Numbered from the stretch's first letter, positions 29,910 through 41,991 are shown. The stretch is DNA of 64,000 nt from Gloeobacterales cyanobacterium (GCA_038245785.1 JBBRSB010000005.1:64001-128000), one strand, 5' to 3'. Translations and numbers: made by a program. The notes: generated from the sequence alone by a model not told the origin.

Positions 29910-30710
29910 TTACTTCGTGACAAGCGTTTCGAGGGTACTCCCCAAGACACCAGATTTGACGACCCGTAAATATTCTGGATTTTGCTTGAGGGCATTGGCT
30001 TTGGCACTAAGGCTGCCTGCTTCTGCTTGAGCCTGAGAGATAACCGTTCTGGCGTCTTGACGGGCTTGGTCTATTTCAAAGACTTTTTTAGACAATTGGT
30101 TCTCAGCAATCGTCTTAGCTTCAATAGAAGATACAAAGTCCTTATTGAATTCCACATCTCTCAGCAAAAGTTCCTGCACCGTGATGCCATACTGGCCCAG
30201 GTCTTGAGCAATACGCTCCCGAATTTGGGCTTGTAGGGCAGGGCGCTTCGTAGAATAGACATCCTGGGCAGAAAATCCTGCTGTTTCCGTAGAGATGACT
30301 GAACGAACAATCGGGGCAATCCGGTCGATATAGTCAGTACCTAAGGTGGTGTACACCTTAGGTGGGTCTGAAACTACAAAGTTGAGGGTTACCTCCGCTC
30401 CAATTTCTTGGCCGTCTCGGGTAAGTGCCGTGATTTTAGAGCCGTAAACATCTACGGTTTGCTCTTTAGCCGTTCCTCTCCACGTCAAAGCTTGGGTTTT
30501 GACATCGAAGGGAATGGTCTCTGTAAAGATAGGAACAACCAGATGAAATCCAGGCTCTAAGGGAGTAGGTTGCACTCCACCCAGCCAAGAGAAGACAACT
30601 AGATTTTCTCCGTTACCGACAAAGCGAGTGGGATTACTCACAGAAACGATTAATACGATAAGAGCTGCGATAGCGGCTTGAGGAGCCCAACGAGGTAAAT
30701 CTGTTTGCAT
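29910..30710 (-). CDS. SPFH/prohibitin-family membrane protein
   Basis: N-terminal TM, LEPGFHLVVP, LTRDGQ, LLRDVEF...SIEAK.IA. Confidence 0.88.
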   Translation of the reverse strand: MQTDLPRWAPQAAIAALIVLIVSVSNPTRFVGNGENLVVFSWLGGVQPTPLEPGFHLVVPIFTETIPFDVKTQALTWRGTAKEQTVDVYGSKITALTRDGQEIGAEVTLNFVVSDPPKVYTTLGTDYIDRIAPIVRSVISTETAGFSAQDVYSTKRPALQAQIRERIAQDLGQYGITVQELLLRDVEFNKDFVSSIEAKTIAENQLSKKVFEIDQARQDARTVISQAQAEAGSLSAKANALKQNPEYLRVVKSGVLGSTLETLVTK

Positions 30711-30984
30711 AGCTCTAACCTATCCACTTATATATTCTTCTAATCTAGTCAAAACTTATATTGCCCTGCATGAGCTTCTGAATCAGCAGTGTTACAATTA
30801 AGTCAAATCGCCGGGCCAAATACGGACAAAGTACTCGGCATAGTAATACAACCCAGAGAGTCTAGCTCTAGGAAAGAACGGGTGAAAATACCCAGAGCTC
30901 TCTCTAAAACAAGAGCTTGGACCATGCCTCTCAAAGCGGCCAAGCAAATGCACTCAACTGACACGTTTAGGTGACCTTACACGG

Positions 30985-33900
30985 ATGGATAAAAACGGTT
31001 TGCAGAAAAACATCCCCATGTCTAGTGGAAATGACGCGAATGGAGCACTAGGCTCCGGTACATTTTCTCTAAAAGCGCTGCAAGAAAGCTCTAGCGAGCC
31101 TGTTTTCCTGCGGGGAGCCCGTTATTTTCTCCGGAATCGAGTCTCTGGCTACAAAGAATTAGATAACCAGCATGTTGAAGCACAGGTAGAGGGCTCAGGG
31201 GAGGACCCCTACACCCTAAGTATCGAGTTTTCCTCGCTACAGAGCTTTGTCAGCAACTGTAGCTGTCCTTATTTTGAGGATGTTTGTAAGCATGCTGTTG
31301 CGGTCGTTCTTACCTATATCCAGCGGCGAGACCGGAATCTGCGCAATACGATCAAGCAGATTTTGGAAGAAAGGCCAAGAGAACCGAGGCAGACTTTCTC
31401 TGAAGTTAAAGTAGAGGATTTTCTCAATGCGAAAGGGCTTACCCTTCCTGAAGAGATCCCCTTTACCTTGGGCATGCTGATTTTGCCTAAACCCTTGGCG
31501 CTGATTTTGGGGATGCTTCCCACTTCGCCGTCGGGAAAAGTTACCATTCTCAAGATTCCTGAGCCTGTAGTCTCTACCTTGCCCGAAGGTTCTCCTTTGA
31601 GATCTTTGGCTAATTACCTATTACGGGTGCCCCAGACCACAAGTGGTCCTGCTGGAGGTCATCGTGTTCCGCTCGGGGATGAGGGGATTGTGCTTGACTT
31701 TGTGCGTTATGCGGCCAATCTGGTCAACGTACAGACAGGCGCGCCGATCACCTTCTCTGACCAACGCCCTAAAGTTCATGTTGAGCTGGCTGAACAAGAA
31801 GAGGGAGCCCTGAGTTTGACGCTAATGGCAACCCTAGGCGAACGGACCTTGAAAGACCCGATGTTTGTCTTCGGTTCACCCTCTTGGGCTCTAGAAAACA
31901 ACGTGTTCTATAAACTCAGTGACGAAGCAGAACCGCCTGGTTCCCTGATGCGCATGCTTCAATCCGATGGAAAAGCGATCATCAAAGCCGACCAAGTGCC
32001 TGGCTTTTTGACCCGTCAGTATCCTGCGTTAAAAAACCATCCAGCCTTGCGCGTCCTCAAGGAAGACACCTTTCCTACGGTGGTATCTTCGCCTCCTAGC
32101 GTAGTGATCGCGTTGAGTGAGCAGGAATCGACCACCACCCAAGGAGTGTCACAACTTCAACTGCGACTGGGATTCCGCTACGGTCCGATGGTAGTCCCTT
32201 CCCAAAGTCTTAATCTGGACGGGACTCAAGTTCATGAACACTATGTGACCGAAGAAGGACAGAGTCTCTGGATTCGGCGGATGGCCACAGAAGAGCAACA
32301 ACTGCGGCAGCTTTTGTCTAATATGCAGCCGGACCGAGTGCGGGCCGACCAATTTTTCTTCAGCGATGACCGAGCTTTAGACGTTTTGCGCTGGCTGCAG
32401 GACTACGGCGATAATTGGGAAGTCTCCGGATATGAGAAACTCACTCGCTACCGTCTTGCGGCTGAGTCGCTCACCCTCCATGCCCATTTAGCCCTAAATG
32501 ACTCTGGACAATTCAACCTAGAGCTTTACGGGTCGTGTGGCTCTTCTAAGCTTTCCTGGGAGTCTTTGGTCGCGTTGATGGAACAAAGGCGGGCCTATGC
32601 GGCCTTGGAAGACCAAACGAGCGTTCGCATTCCAGAACGTTCCATCACTCGCCTTTTAAATCATCCGGATTTAGTTAATTCGCAAAATCGCACAGCTTCT
32701 GGCACACGGACCTTTAAAGGAGCCCGTCCTCTATATCAATTGGTCGCAGTAGTAGAAGCGCTCAAAACAGAAGAAGTACAGGTCCACCTGGATCCCGCTT
32801 TAGAGATATTCTTCCAGCAACTCTACTCTCCAGAATTGATTCAGCCTCCAGCTTTGCCCCCTCACCTAAAAGCAGAACTGCGACCTTATCAGAGGGCTGG
32901 TTATACCTGGATTACATTTTTAGGGCGCTATGGACTGGGAGGTATTCTGGCTGATGACATGGGACTGGGTAAAACACTCCAGACCCTGACCATGCTGATG
33001 GCCTATCACCATGAGCATCCTGAGGCACCGCCTTCCCTGGTAATTGTTCCCACGTCCGTAGTCTACAACTGGCAAGAAGAAGCAGAGAAATTTACGCCCA
33101 AATTGCGCACAGCCCTCTATTTGGGAACCGACCGCGAAAAAATTCTTAATGCCAAAACCAAAGGACCAAAACCACAGGTTATTTTCACCAGCTATGGCAT
33201 CATCCGTCGTGACTATCTCCTGCTGAAAGAAAATCCTTTTAGCTATGTGGTTTTAGACGAAGCCCAAAACATCAAAAATCCGGAATCAGTCGGTGCTCAG
33301 GCGGTCAAAGCGCTGCAAGCTAACCACACTTTAGCGTTGAGCGGCACCCCTGTAGAAAATCGTCTGGGAGAGCTATGGTCCCTCTTTGATTTTCTGATGC
33401 CTGGCCACCTCAATACGCTGGTCCGCTTTCAGGAAGAATTTGAAAAACCGATCAGCTTAGGGTTACCAGAAGCAGCCCAGAAACTACGACAAAGAGTGCA
33501 GCCCTTTATTTTGCGGCGTTTGAAAACGGATGTGGAAAAAGACCTGCCACGCAAAACTGAAATTATTAGCTACTGCGATTTAGGCACTCAGCAAAAAGCT
33601 CTGTACCAAAGGATGTTGGAAGCCTGCCGAGACCAAATTTTTGGAGAAGTCGCCCAACGGGGCATCGCTGCTTCACAGATGTCTGTTCTTGCAGCCCTTT
33701 TGCGTCTGAGGCAAGTTTGCTGTGACCCTCGTCTTGTGCAAGGGACAGACAGTGCTAAAGGCAAAAACTTTTCGTTAGACGATTCTGCCAAGCTTTTAGA
33801 GGTTATGGAATTTATTGAAACGCTAATCGCTGAAAAGCACCGTGTTCTGGTCTTTAGTCAGTTTGTACAGATGCTGACCTTAGTTCGGGAAGCACTGAAT

Positions 33901-34299
33901 ATCAGAGGCTATCGCTATGAATATTTAGATGGACAAACGCCTCCAGAGCAACGGAAGGAAAAGGTCAATCGCTTCAATGGCGATGAGTCTATTCCTATCT
34001 TCTTGATTAGTCTTAAAGCGGGAGGCACCGGTCTGAACCTAACAGGAGCAGACTATGTCATTCACTATGATCCCTGGTGGAACCCTGCAGTAGAAGCGCA
34101 AGCGACAGATAGAGCCTATCGCATTGGTCAAACTCGCCCGGTATTTAGCTATAAATTTATTACCCGTGGCACCATTGAAGAGAAAGTTCTGAAGCTGCAA
34201 CGCAGCAAAACAGAACTAGCAGAGATGGTATTAGGAACTGACCAATCTTTTGCAAAGACTCTAACTCAGAAAGACCTAGAGTTTCTGTTTGCTCCATAA
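30985..34299 (+). CDS. SWIM zinc-finger SNF2-family helicase
   Basis: CSCP...CKH SWIM; LADDMGLGKT, DEAQ, SGTPVEN, QATDRAYRIGQ. Confidence 0.95.
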   Translation: MDKNGLQKNIPMSSGNDANGALGSGTFSLKALQESSSEPVFLRGARYFLRNRVSGYKELDNQHVEAQVEGSGEDPYTLSIEFSSLQSFVSNCSCPYFEDVCKHAVAVVLTYIQRRDRNLRNTIKQILEERPREPRQTFSEVKVEDFLNAKGLTLPEEIPFTLGMLILPKPLALILGMLPTSPSGKVTILKIPEPVVSTLPEGSPLRSLANYLLRVPQTTSGPAGGHRVPLGDEGIVLDFVRYAANLVNVQTGAPITFSDQRPKVHVELAEQEEGALSLTLMATLGERTLKDPMFVFGSPSWALENNVFYKLSDEAEPPGSLMRMLQSDGKAIIKADQVPGFLTRQYPALKNHPALRVLKEDTFPTVVSSPPSVVIALSEQESTTTQGVSQLQLRLGFRYGPMVVPSQSLNLDGTQVHEHYVTEEGQSLWIRRMATEEQQLRQLLSNMQPDRVRADQFFFSDDRALDVLRWLQDYGDNWEVSGYEKLTRYRLAAESLTLHAHLALNDSGQFNLELYGSCGSSKLSWESLVALMEQRRAYAALEDQTSVRIPERSITRLLNHPDLVNSQNRTASGTRTFKGARPLYQLVAVVEALKTEEVQVHLDPALEIFFQQLYSPELIQPPALPPHLKAELRPYQRAGYTWITFLGRYGLGGILADDMGLGKTLQTLTMLMAYHHEHPEAPPSLVIVPTSVVYNWQEEAEKFTPKLRTALYLGTDREKILNAKTKGPKPQVIFTSYGIIRRDYLLLKENPFSYVVLDEAQNIKNPESVGAQAVKALQANHTLALSGTPVENRLGELWSLFDFLMPGHLNTLVRFQEEFEKPISLGLPEAAQKLRQRVQPFILRRLKTDVEKDLPRKTEIISYCDLGTQQKALYQRMLEACRDQIFGEVAQRGIAASQMSVLAALLRLRQVCCDPRLVQGTDSAKGKNFSLDDSAKLLEVMEFIETLIAEKHRVLVFSQFVQMLTLVREALNIRGYRYEYLDGQTPPEQRKEKVNRFNGDESIPIFLISLKAGGTGLNLTGADYVIHYDPWWNPAVEAQATDRAYRIGQTRPVFSYKFITRGTIEEKVLKLQRSKTELAEMVLGTDQSFAKTLTQKDLEFLFAP

Positions 34300-34360
34300 T
34301 CCTGGTTCAACTGAGTATATCCTAGGAAGTTGGTTTAACTAACCTCGCGGAATTCCCCAA

Positions 34361-34408
34361 TTCGTCGATAATGAATTGGCAGAGTTAAGGGAGAATGAGG
34401 ACTCATGA
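34361..34408 (+). pseudogene. possible 3' remnant of a hicA toxin gene
   Basis: FVDNELAELRENEDS* ends in an ATGA overlap with hicB; in-frame stop at 34340 and no full ORF. Confidence 0.4.
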
Positions 34409-34623
34409 GTCGATACAGCATGATTGTTCAATGGTCTGATAAAGACCAGCTTTTCCTAGTTACGATTCCAGAATTTGCTGATCTTGTTGTCATGCCTTGC
34501 ACGCATGGGAAGACTCGTGAAGAAGCAATTCGCAATAGAGAAGAAGTACTGGAAATGTACTTAGAAGCTTGGCAAGCAGAGGGTGAATCCATTCCCGAAG
34601 CTAGTACGCTGCAAATTGCATGA
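34405..34623 (+). CDS. hicB: HicB-family antitoxin (short form)
   Basis: YSMIVQWSDKDQLFLVTIPEF...THGKTREEAIRN. Confidence 0.88.
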   Translation: MSRYSMIVQWSDKDQLFLVTIPEFADLVVMPCTHGKTREEAIRNREEVLEMYLEAWQAEGESIPEASTLQIA

Positions 34624-34638
34624 CTTTCTTTAGGAGGT

Positions 34639-35217
34639 TTAAGAATGCTGTTTTTTCAGCACTTGGACTTCTTGGTTAGTTAACAAACGGTAGGTCCCAG
34701 GTTCTAAGCCTTTAAGCGTTAATTCTCCAATCGCTACCCGCACCAATCGCAAAGTTGGAAAACCAACGGCAGCCGTCATCCGCCGCACCTGCCGATTTTT
34801 TCCCTCCGTCAAAATCAGCTCTATCCAAGAGGTGGGGATCGCCTTGCGGAAACGAATGGGCACAGTTCTGGGAGGCAAATTGGGCTCTTGGTCGAGTGCT
34901 CTTACGTGGGCCGGGCGTGTCTGATAGTTCTGGATAGTCACGCCCTTGCTGAGGGCTTGGATAGCCTGGGGATCAGGGATACCTTCTACCTGAGCCCAAT
35001 AGGTTTTGGGATGATCAAATCGGGGATCAGTGAGCCGATGGGCCAAAGGACCATCATTCGTCAATAGCAATAAACCTTCACTATCTTGGTCCAAACGACC
35101 TACGGGATAGACCCCAGGCTGATCGATGTAGTCTTTTAGCGTAGAGCGGCCTTCCTGATCCGTGAATTGGGTGAGTACGCCATAGGGCTTCCAAAATAAA
35201 AGATAAGAGAATCCCAT
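34639..35217 (-). CDS. rRNA pseudouridine synthase (RluE/RsuA family)
   Basis: [39 protein letters not shown]. Confidence 0.93.
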   Translation of the reverse strand: MGFSYLLFWKPYGVLTQFTDQEGRSTLKDYIDQPGVYPVGRLDQDSEGLLLLTNDGPLAHRLTDPRFDHPKTYWAQVEGIPDPQAIQALSKGVTIQNYQTRPAHVRALDQEPNLPPRTVPIRFRKAIPTSWIELILTEGKNRQVRRMTAAVGFPTLRLVRVAIGELTLKGLEPGTYRLLTNQEVQVLKKQHS

Positions 35218-35223
35218 CGCCGT

Positions 35224-36516
35224 TTAGTTAGTTGCTCCCGTCATCATGTTTTGGAGTTCAATTAAGCGCTTCACCTCATAATGTACTTCACGGGGATAAA
35301 CGAGCCAAACGCGGGCATTGGTCAAAATTAAAGATTTCACCAGCGAAGAAGCTTCAGCAATCTCTATCAATCCCTCGTCGGTTTGCAAAAAGATACCCCT
35401 GTCATAAAGGCTATAGCCCTTAGCCTGAGAAGTAACCAGGCCAAAATGACTATCGGGATCATAGCCCAAAGACTTGGCCTTAGCCTGTAAGCGGTCTAGG
35501 AGGCCCAATCGCTGCTCAGATCTTAGGTTTGTCACCTCCCAAGCTTTCGGTAAGTTGCGGTCTAGATAGCGCGTACAGAGGTCTGCTAACAAAGGATCAT
35601 CGGTCCGAGACCAGAGCTGGATGTGATAGCTAAACACCACATCATCCGCATGCAAATAATCGTCCAAGGTCCAGGCACTGGGTAATTTGCCCAACCAGGC
35701 AGCTAGCACAGCATCCGCTTCTAGGGTTCCCTGCTTGAAGAGTACTGCCGCTCTTTTGAAAATACTCGCTAAGACTAAGCGGGCACAGAGATTTTTGGGG
35801 TGGTTGTACACTTGGGAATACATGAAATAGCGCACGACCAAGTAGTGCTCTATAGCCACCAGTCCCTTACGACCGCGCACGACCAGCATTCCGCTTTCAG
35901 GCTCATAGGCCAGAGCATTGATGATTCGGTCCAAATCTAAGTGGCCATACTGTGCTCCGGTGAAATAACTATCGCGCAAGAGATAATCCAGGCGGTCACA
36001 GTCCAATTGACCGGAGATCAGTTGTGCCAAAAGAGGAAGCGGTGCTTGCTTTTGTAGTAATTGGCAAATTTGCTCCGGCAGTTCAGGGTCAAAAGAACAG
36101 AGGAGTTGATGAACTTTGGTATCTTCTCTGAGCAAACGCATGGTCCATTGCTCGTGGTCAAAGTGAAAAACTTCTTCACTGGCGTGGCTAAACGGTCCAT
36201 GGCCCAAGTCATGTAAGAGCGCGGCACAAAGCACTAAGGCACGATAGGAAGCGAGTTCAGGATTTTCGGCAATCAATCGGTCAAACACCCGACGTGCCAC
36301 CGCTAAAACTCCTAAAGCATGGGTAAAGCGAGAACCTTCTGCTCCATGAAAGGTCAAATTAGCGACGTCCAACTGCCGGATTCTGCGTAGACGTTGAAAT
36401 TCTGAACTGTCTACGAGCTGAATCAAGAGAGATTCGATCGGATCCTTGGCATTGAGGTGAACCGCTCCATGAATCGGATCATGATATGTACGTGATTTTT
36501 GAGATGTGAGTATCAT
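35224..36516 (-). CDS. HD-domain phosphohydrolase (dNTPase-like)
   Basis: DPIHG, FQRLRRIRQL, SRFTH, LLHDLGHGPFSH, DCDRLDYL.RD. Confidence 0.92.
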   Translation of the reverse strand: MILTSQKSRTYHDPIHGAVHLNAKDPIESLLIQLVDSSEFQRLRRIRQLDVANLTFHGAEGSRFTHALGVLAVARRVFDRLIAENPELASYRALVLCAALLHDLGHGPFSHASEEVFHFDHEQWTMRLLREDTKVHQLLCSFDPELPEQICQLLQKQAPLPLLAQLISGQLDCDRLDYLLRDSYFTGAQYGHLDLDRIINALAYEPESGMLVVRGRKGLVAIEHYLVVRYFMYSQVYNHPKNLCARLVLASIFKRAAVLFKQGTLEADAVLAAWLGKLPSAWTLDDYLHADDVVFSYHIQLWSRTDDPLLADLCTRYLDRNLPKAWEVTNLRSEQRLGLLDRLQAKAKSLGYDPDSHFGLVTSQAKGYSLYDRGIFLQTDEGLIEIAEASSLVKSLILTNARVWLVYPREVHYEVKRLIELQNMMTGATN

Positions 36517-36654
36517 GAATGGCCACAGAGACTGATATGTAGCCTCTCCTGTCCTATCACCCTATCTTATTGGACTCAAGAGCTGAAACAGGCTGTGATA
36601 GGATTTTTGTCCATAGGTGTCTTAGCTTCCTCACTACGAATAAAAATACATTTC

Positions 36655-37356
36655 ATGCTTACTGCCTCTTCAGTGCATCAGGTCATATTCAAAGGCTCTC
36701 CCGAGGGTCTAAGGCTATATTTGCCAGAAGACACGGCCTTTGATGAGGTCCTCCTTCAGCTCCAACAGCGTATCGACGCCGGAGAACGTCTTTGGAGTGG
36801 AGGAGGTAAAGTATTTCTAGAATGCGGGCAACGGCTTTTAGACGGTGCCCAAATTCAGGCCGTTCAACAATTGTTACAGTCTCATCAGCTCAGGCTGACT
36901 CAGGTTGGAACGACTAGACATCAAACAGCGGTAGCTGCAGCCGTAGCTGGATTATCCGTTGACCGAGACCTGGAAGAGATACAACCCATTCAGGCATCGA
37001 GCATCACAGTCGCCGAAGATCCGCTCTATTTGCAGCAAACTATCCGTTCTGGGGTGCAGATTGTTCATAACGGAACCATCGTAGTGTTAGGAGATGTAAA
37101 CCCTGGTGGAGAACTTTTAGCTCAGGGGGATATCCTGGTGTGGGGTTCTTTGCGGGGTACTGCCCACGCAGGGACTAAGGGGAATGAAAAAGCGCTGATC
37201 ATGGCTCTGAATCTAGCTCCTATGCAGCTTAGGATTGCTAAGTACGTTGCCCGTGCTCCTGAAGACAACCCTGCCCCTGGGCAAGCGGAAGTGGCATATA
37301 TCAGTGAAGGGACTATTAGAATCGCGCTGTTGTCTGAATATGGCCGGAGACGTTAA
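36655..37356 (+). CDS. minC: septum site-determining protein MinC
   Basis: TIRSG...GDVNPGGE...WGSLRG.AHAG; ATG 36655 preferred over the 36499 start, which overlaps the divergent gene. Confidence 0.93.
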   Translation: MLTASSVHQVIFKGSPEGLRLYLPEDTAFDEVLLQLQQRIDAGERLWSGGGKVFLECGQRLLDGAQIQAVQQLLQSHQLRLTQVGTTRHQTAVAAAVAGLSVDRDLEEIQPIQASSITVAEDPLYLQQTIRSGVQIVHNGTIVVLGDVNPGGELLAQGDILVWGSLRGTAHAGTKGNEKALIMALNLAPMQLRIAKYVARAPEDNPAPGQAEVAYISEGTIRIALLSEYGRRR

Positions 37357-37395
37357 ATTCGGCGAGATCCTGTGAATCGGTGAAGTTGAAAAGAG

Positions 37396-38226
37396 GTGGA
37401 AGAATTGAGCACAAGCGGAAAAGTCATTGTCATTACTTCAGGCAAAGGTGGAGTCGGGAAAACTACGACTTCAGCCAATTTAGGAATGGCCTTGGCATCC
37501 ATGGGCAAGAAAGTAGTCTTGGTGGATGCTGACTTCGGTCTGAGGAATTTAGATCTACTCCTGGGTCTGGAAAATCGCGTTGTTTATACCATTCTTGATG
37601 CTTTGTCTGAAAATGAGAGCGACCGCTGTCGTCTAGACCAGGCTCTGATTAAAGATAAACGCCAGCCTAATCTAGCGCTCCTCCCAGCCGCCCAGACGCG
37701 GGACAAATCGGCGATTACGCCCGAACAGATGAAGAGCGTTACGGCAGAGTTGACGGAGTCCTATGATTTCGTGCTGGTAGACTGTCCTGCTGGTATTGAA
37801 CAAGGTTTTAAAAATGCGATTGCAGGAGCTTCAGAAGCGATTGTAGTCACCACCCCTGAAGTTTCTGCGGTGCGGGATGCCGACCGAGTGATTGGTTTGA
37901 TGGAAGCCTCTGGCCTCAAGCATCCCCGCTTGATCCTCAATCGCTTACGCCCTCACATGGTCGAAGAAAACAACATGATGTCTGTAGAGGACGTGTTGGA
38001 TATTTTGGCGATCAAGCTCCTAGGCGTCGTGCCCGAAGACGAGCAAGTTATCATCACGACTAACAAAGGAGAACCGATGGTTCTTTCTGCTACGCCTACT
38101 CAAGCAGCTCAGGCTTTCTTGAATATTGCGCGTCGCATGCTGGGAGAAGACGTCCCCTTTCTTTCCCTACAAGTACCTGATCCTGGCTTTATGGGTAAGC
38201 TAAAAGCCTTATTTCGTCGTCGTTAA
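37396..38226 (+). CDS. minD: septum site-determining ATPase MinD
   Basis: SGKGGVGKTT, DFGLRNLD, DCPAGIE, C-terminal amphipathic helix. Confidence 0.98.
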   Translation: MEELSTSGKVIVITSGKGGVGKTTTSANLGMALASMGKKVVLVDADFGLRNLDLLLGLENRVVYTILDALSENESDRCRLDQALIKDKRQPNLALLPAAQTRDKSAITPEQMKSVTAELTESYDFVLVDCPAGIEQGFKNAIAGASEAIVVTTPEVSAVRDADRVIGLMEASGLKHPRLILNRLRPHMVEENNMMSVEDVLDILAIKLLGVVPEDEQVIITTNKGEPMVLSATPTQAAQAFLNIARRMLGEDVPFLSLQVPDPGFMGKLKALFRRR

Positions 38227-38254
38227 TCGTCAATTAATTGTGGATTAGACTCAG

Positions 38255-38608
38255 ATGGTATTCGATCTCCTAGACAAACTATTCACCCGTGGGCAACCCA
38301 ATAGCCGTCAACAGGCCTGTGACCGCCTCAAGATGGTCCTAGCCTATGACCGCACTGCTGATATTTCCTCAGAGACAATGGAAAACATGCGGCGTGAAAT
38401 CCTGCAGGTAGTCAAACGTTATTTTGAACTCCAGGATGATGAGCTAGAAGTCGGTCTTGAGCGCAGTGGCAGCGCTACAGCCTTAATCGCCAACATTCCA
38501 ATCCGGCGAGTCCGCCCCGGAGATGACACAGGTGCATTTTTGGCCACTGCGACCAAGTTAGAGGAAAAGGGCCTATCTGAAGAATCTTCTAAGATAAAAG
38601 AAGAATAG
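38255..38608 (+). CDS. minE: cell division topological specificity factor MinE
   Basis: S...A.DRLKMVLA.DR, ALIANIPIRRV; follows minCD. Confidence 0.95.
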   Translation: MVFDLLDKLFTRGQPNSRQQACDRLKMVLAYDRTADISSETMENMRREILQVVKRYFELQDDELEVGLERSGSATALIANIPIRRVRPGDDTGAFLATATKLEEKGLSEESSKIKEE

Positions 38609-38739
38609 ATTTTTCAAGTCTGAGGCTGTAGTTTTTGAGCGATGCCTCTTCCTTCATAGATAATGTGCAAAAGCAGACAGAGTACACTGGGCATAATCTA
38701 GATTCTGTTCAATTCGTCTTGAATCAGTAAGGAGCAATC

Positions 38740-39652
<913 letters not shown>

Positions 39653-39765
39653 TCAACGAAAGCATTCGGAATCTTAGATGAAAGTATTAAAGTTTGCTGC
39701 TGATTCCGATAAGTAATGTTACATCGCCTGTGGTATATTTGGGTCGACTCAAGCACTGGACCTTC

Positions 39766-40179
39766 ATGCAGGCTGATCCGCTTAGGGATAACCCGCAATC
39801 CGTAAAGTCTGAAGTTGATTCCATGAGGCAATTCGCTGATTATCAGCGCAAACTTATGGTAATTACTGCTGCTTTGGGGGTAGCGGTTGCTCTTTGTGTC
39901 TGGCCTGTTTATGGGATCAATGCTGCCGTTAGTTTCCTCTTGGGTTCTGCTGTAGGCACTGCCTACTTCGGCCTTTTGGGGAGGCATGTAGAACGCTTAG
40001 GTAAGGGTAGAGACCGGCTCGGACAACTCCGTTTTGTAGTGGTTGCTGTCACCTTTATTCTTGCGCTGCGTTGGGAAGTGTTGGACTTTCTGCCTACTTT
40101 TCTTGGTTTTCTGACCATAAAAGTGGCGATTCTTGTAGATGGTCTCTGGACTATCTACAAAGATTCGGTAAAAAGCTGA
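39766..40179 (+). CDS. atp1: ATP synthase protein I (Atp1)
   Basis: Four-TM protein first in the atp cluster; ATG 39766 preferred, with extended -10-like TGGTATATT at 39731-39739. Confidence 0.85.
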   Translation: MQADPLRDNPQSVKSEVDSMRQFADYQRKLMVITAALGVAVALCVWPVYGINAAVSFLLGSAVGTAYFGLLGRHVERLGKGRDRLGQLRFVVVAVTFILALRWEVLDFLPTFLGFLTIKVAILVDGLWTIYKDSVKS

Positions 40180-40222
40180 AGTTCCAGTAATCTACTGAAT
40201 ATAAAAGTCTGGGAAAGACGCT

Positions 40223-40963
40223 ATGTATCATCCATATTTACCTTCATATCCCCTTGTGGCCGGCAGCTTAGAGGTCGGTAAGCACCTAAATTGGGAGCTT
40301 GGCCCCTTCGTGGTCCATGGAGAGACGATGATTACGACCTGGATGGTCATGAGCATCCTAATCGCAGGCATGTTTCTTGCTTCCCGCAAGCTCCAGCGTG
40401 TCCCCAGTGGTGGGCAAGCTTTCTTGGAGTACGCCTACGATTTTGTTCTTGGAATCGCTAGAGACCAGATTGGTCCGAAAGCGTACAAAGCGTGGTTGCC
40501 TCTCACGGGCACTATTTTCTTGTTCGTTTTTATATCCAACTGGTTGGGTCAGCTTCCTCTGAAGATTGTTCATCTTCCTGAAGGAGAGTTGGCTTCGCCT
40601 ACCAACAACATCAATACGACGGTCGCGCTCGCGCTGATTGTGAGTGCAGCCTATTTTTATGCCGGAATTAAGAAGAAAGGTTTGAGCTATTTCAAGCACT
40701 ATGTAGAGCCTTTTCCCGTCTTCCTCCCCCTCAAGGTTTTGGAAGACTTCATCAGACCATTGTCCCTGAGCTTCCGTTTGTTTGGAAACATCCTGGCTGA
40801 AGAACTCACACTCGGGGTTTTGATTCTGTTGGTTCCGTTGTTTGTTCCCCTGCCGATGATGCTTTTGTTCCTCTTTACCGGAGCAATTCAGGCCCTCATC
40901 TTTTCTACTTTGGCAGCGGCATACATCGGAGAGGCCATGCATGAAGAGCATGAAGAGCACTAG
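40223..40963 (+). CDS. atpI: F0 ATP synthase subunit a
   Basis: [36 protein letters not shown] (cyanobacterial atpI = E. coli atpB). Confidence 0.98.
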   Translation: MYHPYLPSYPLVAGSLEVGKHLNWELGPFVVHGETMITTWMVMSILIAGMFLASRKLQRVPSGGQAFLEYAYDFVLGIARDQIGPKAYKAWLPLTGTIFLFVFISNWLGQLPLKIVHLPEGELASPTNNINTTVALALIVSAAYFYAGIKKKGLSYFKHYVEPFPVFLPLKVLEDFIRPLSLSFRLFGNILAEELTLGVLILLVPLFVPLPMMLLFLFTGAIQALIFSTLAAAYIGEAMHEEHEEH

Positions 40964-41015
40964 CTTTCAAAGTTTTTTGTCGCACATTGCTGGACACAGT
41001 TTTCAAGGAGGATGA

Positions 41016-41363
<348 letters not shown>

Positions 41364-41376
41364 GGGCTCAAACTTT

Positions 41377-41403
41377 GGTCCATGGGGTCTTTCCCTATGG
41401 GCC
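41377..41403 (+). terminator. stem-loop after atpH (partial terminator or mRNA stabiliser)
   Basis: GGTCCATGGGG-TCTTT-CCCTATGGGCC; no U-tract. Confidence 0.6.
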
Positions 41404-41466
41404 TGAGACTATCGTTGGCAATTGGTTGATAGCTGGGATTACCTGGTACTTCGTGGAAATAAAGTA

Positions 41467-41982
41467 ATGGAACACTTGCTAGATGCGAGTTTATATGTCC
41501 TTGCTGCAGAGACTGCAGCAGGTGGAGAGGCTAAAGGCGGACTTTTTACTTTCAATGCCACCCTCTTAGTTCAGATTGCTCAGTTTTTATTCCTTCTGGT
41601 AGTCATGAACGCCCTCTTCTTCAAACCCATCAGTAAGGTTTTAGATGAGCGGCGGGATTACATCCAAAGCAACCGTCGGGGTAGCATAGACCGTTTAGAA
41701 GAAGCTAAAAAACTAACGGCAAAATATGAGGCTGAGTTAGGAGAGACGCGCCAGCAGGCTCGTGATGTCATAGCTAAAGCAGAAGCCGAAGCCAAAGCTA
41801 GCGGATCCGAGATTCTGGCCAAAGCCCAACAGGAAGCGAGTGCTCGCATGGCTCAAGCTGCTCAAGAAGTTGAACGTCAGCGTCAAGAAGCCCTCAAATC
41901 TCTGGAGAGTGAAGTACCCATACTAAGTCGTCAAATTGCCGAAAAATTGCTCAGCACTGCTGGGCGTAATGGGCAGCCATAG
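41467..41982 (+). CDS. atpG: F0 ATP synthase subunit b'
   Basis: GGLFTFNATL...FFKPISKVLDERRDYI; ATG 41467 preferred. Confidence 0.95.
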   Translation: MEHLLDASLYVLAAETAAGGEAKGGLFTFNATLLVQIAQFLFLLVVMNALFFKPISKVLDERRDYIQSNRRGSIDRLEEAKKLTAKYEAELGETRQQARDVIAKAEAEAKASGSEILAKAQQEASARMAQAAQEVERQRQEALKSLESEVPILSRQIAEKLLSTAGRNGQP

Positions 41983-41991
41983 GAGAATGAG

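Noticed and set aside
30985..36516. Anti-phage defence island (SNF2 helicase, HicB, HD hydrolase)
   Set aside because: The genes are in mixed orientation, interleaved with a pseudouridine synthase and minCDE, and both SWIM-SNF2 and this HD family are common chromosomal genes.
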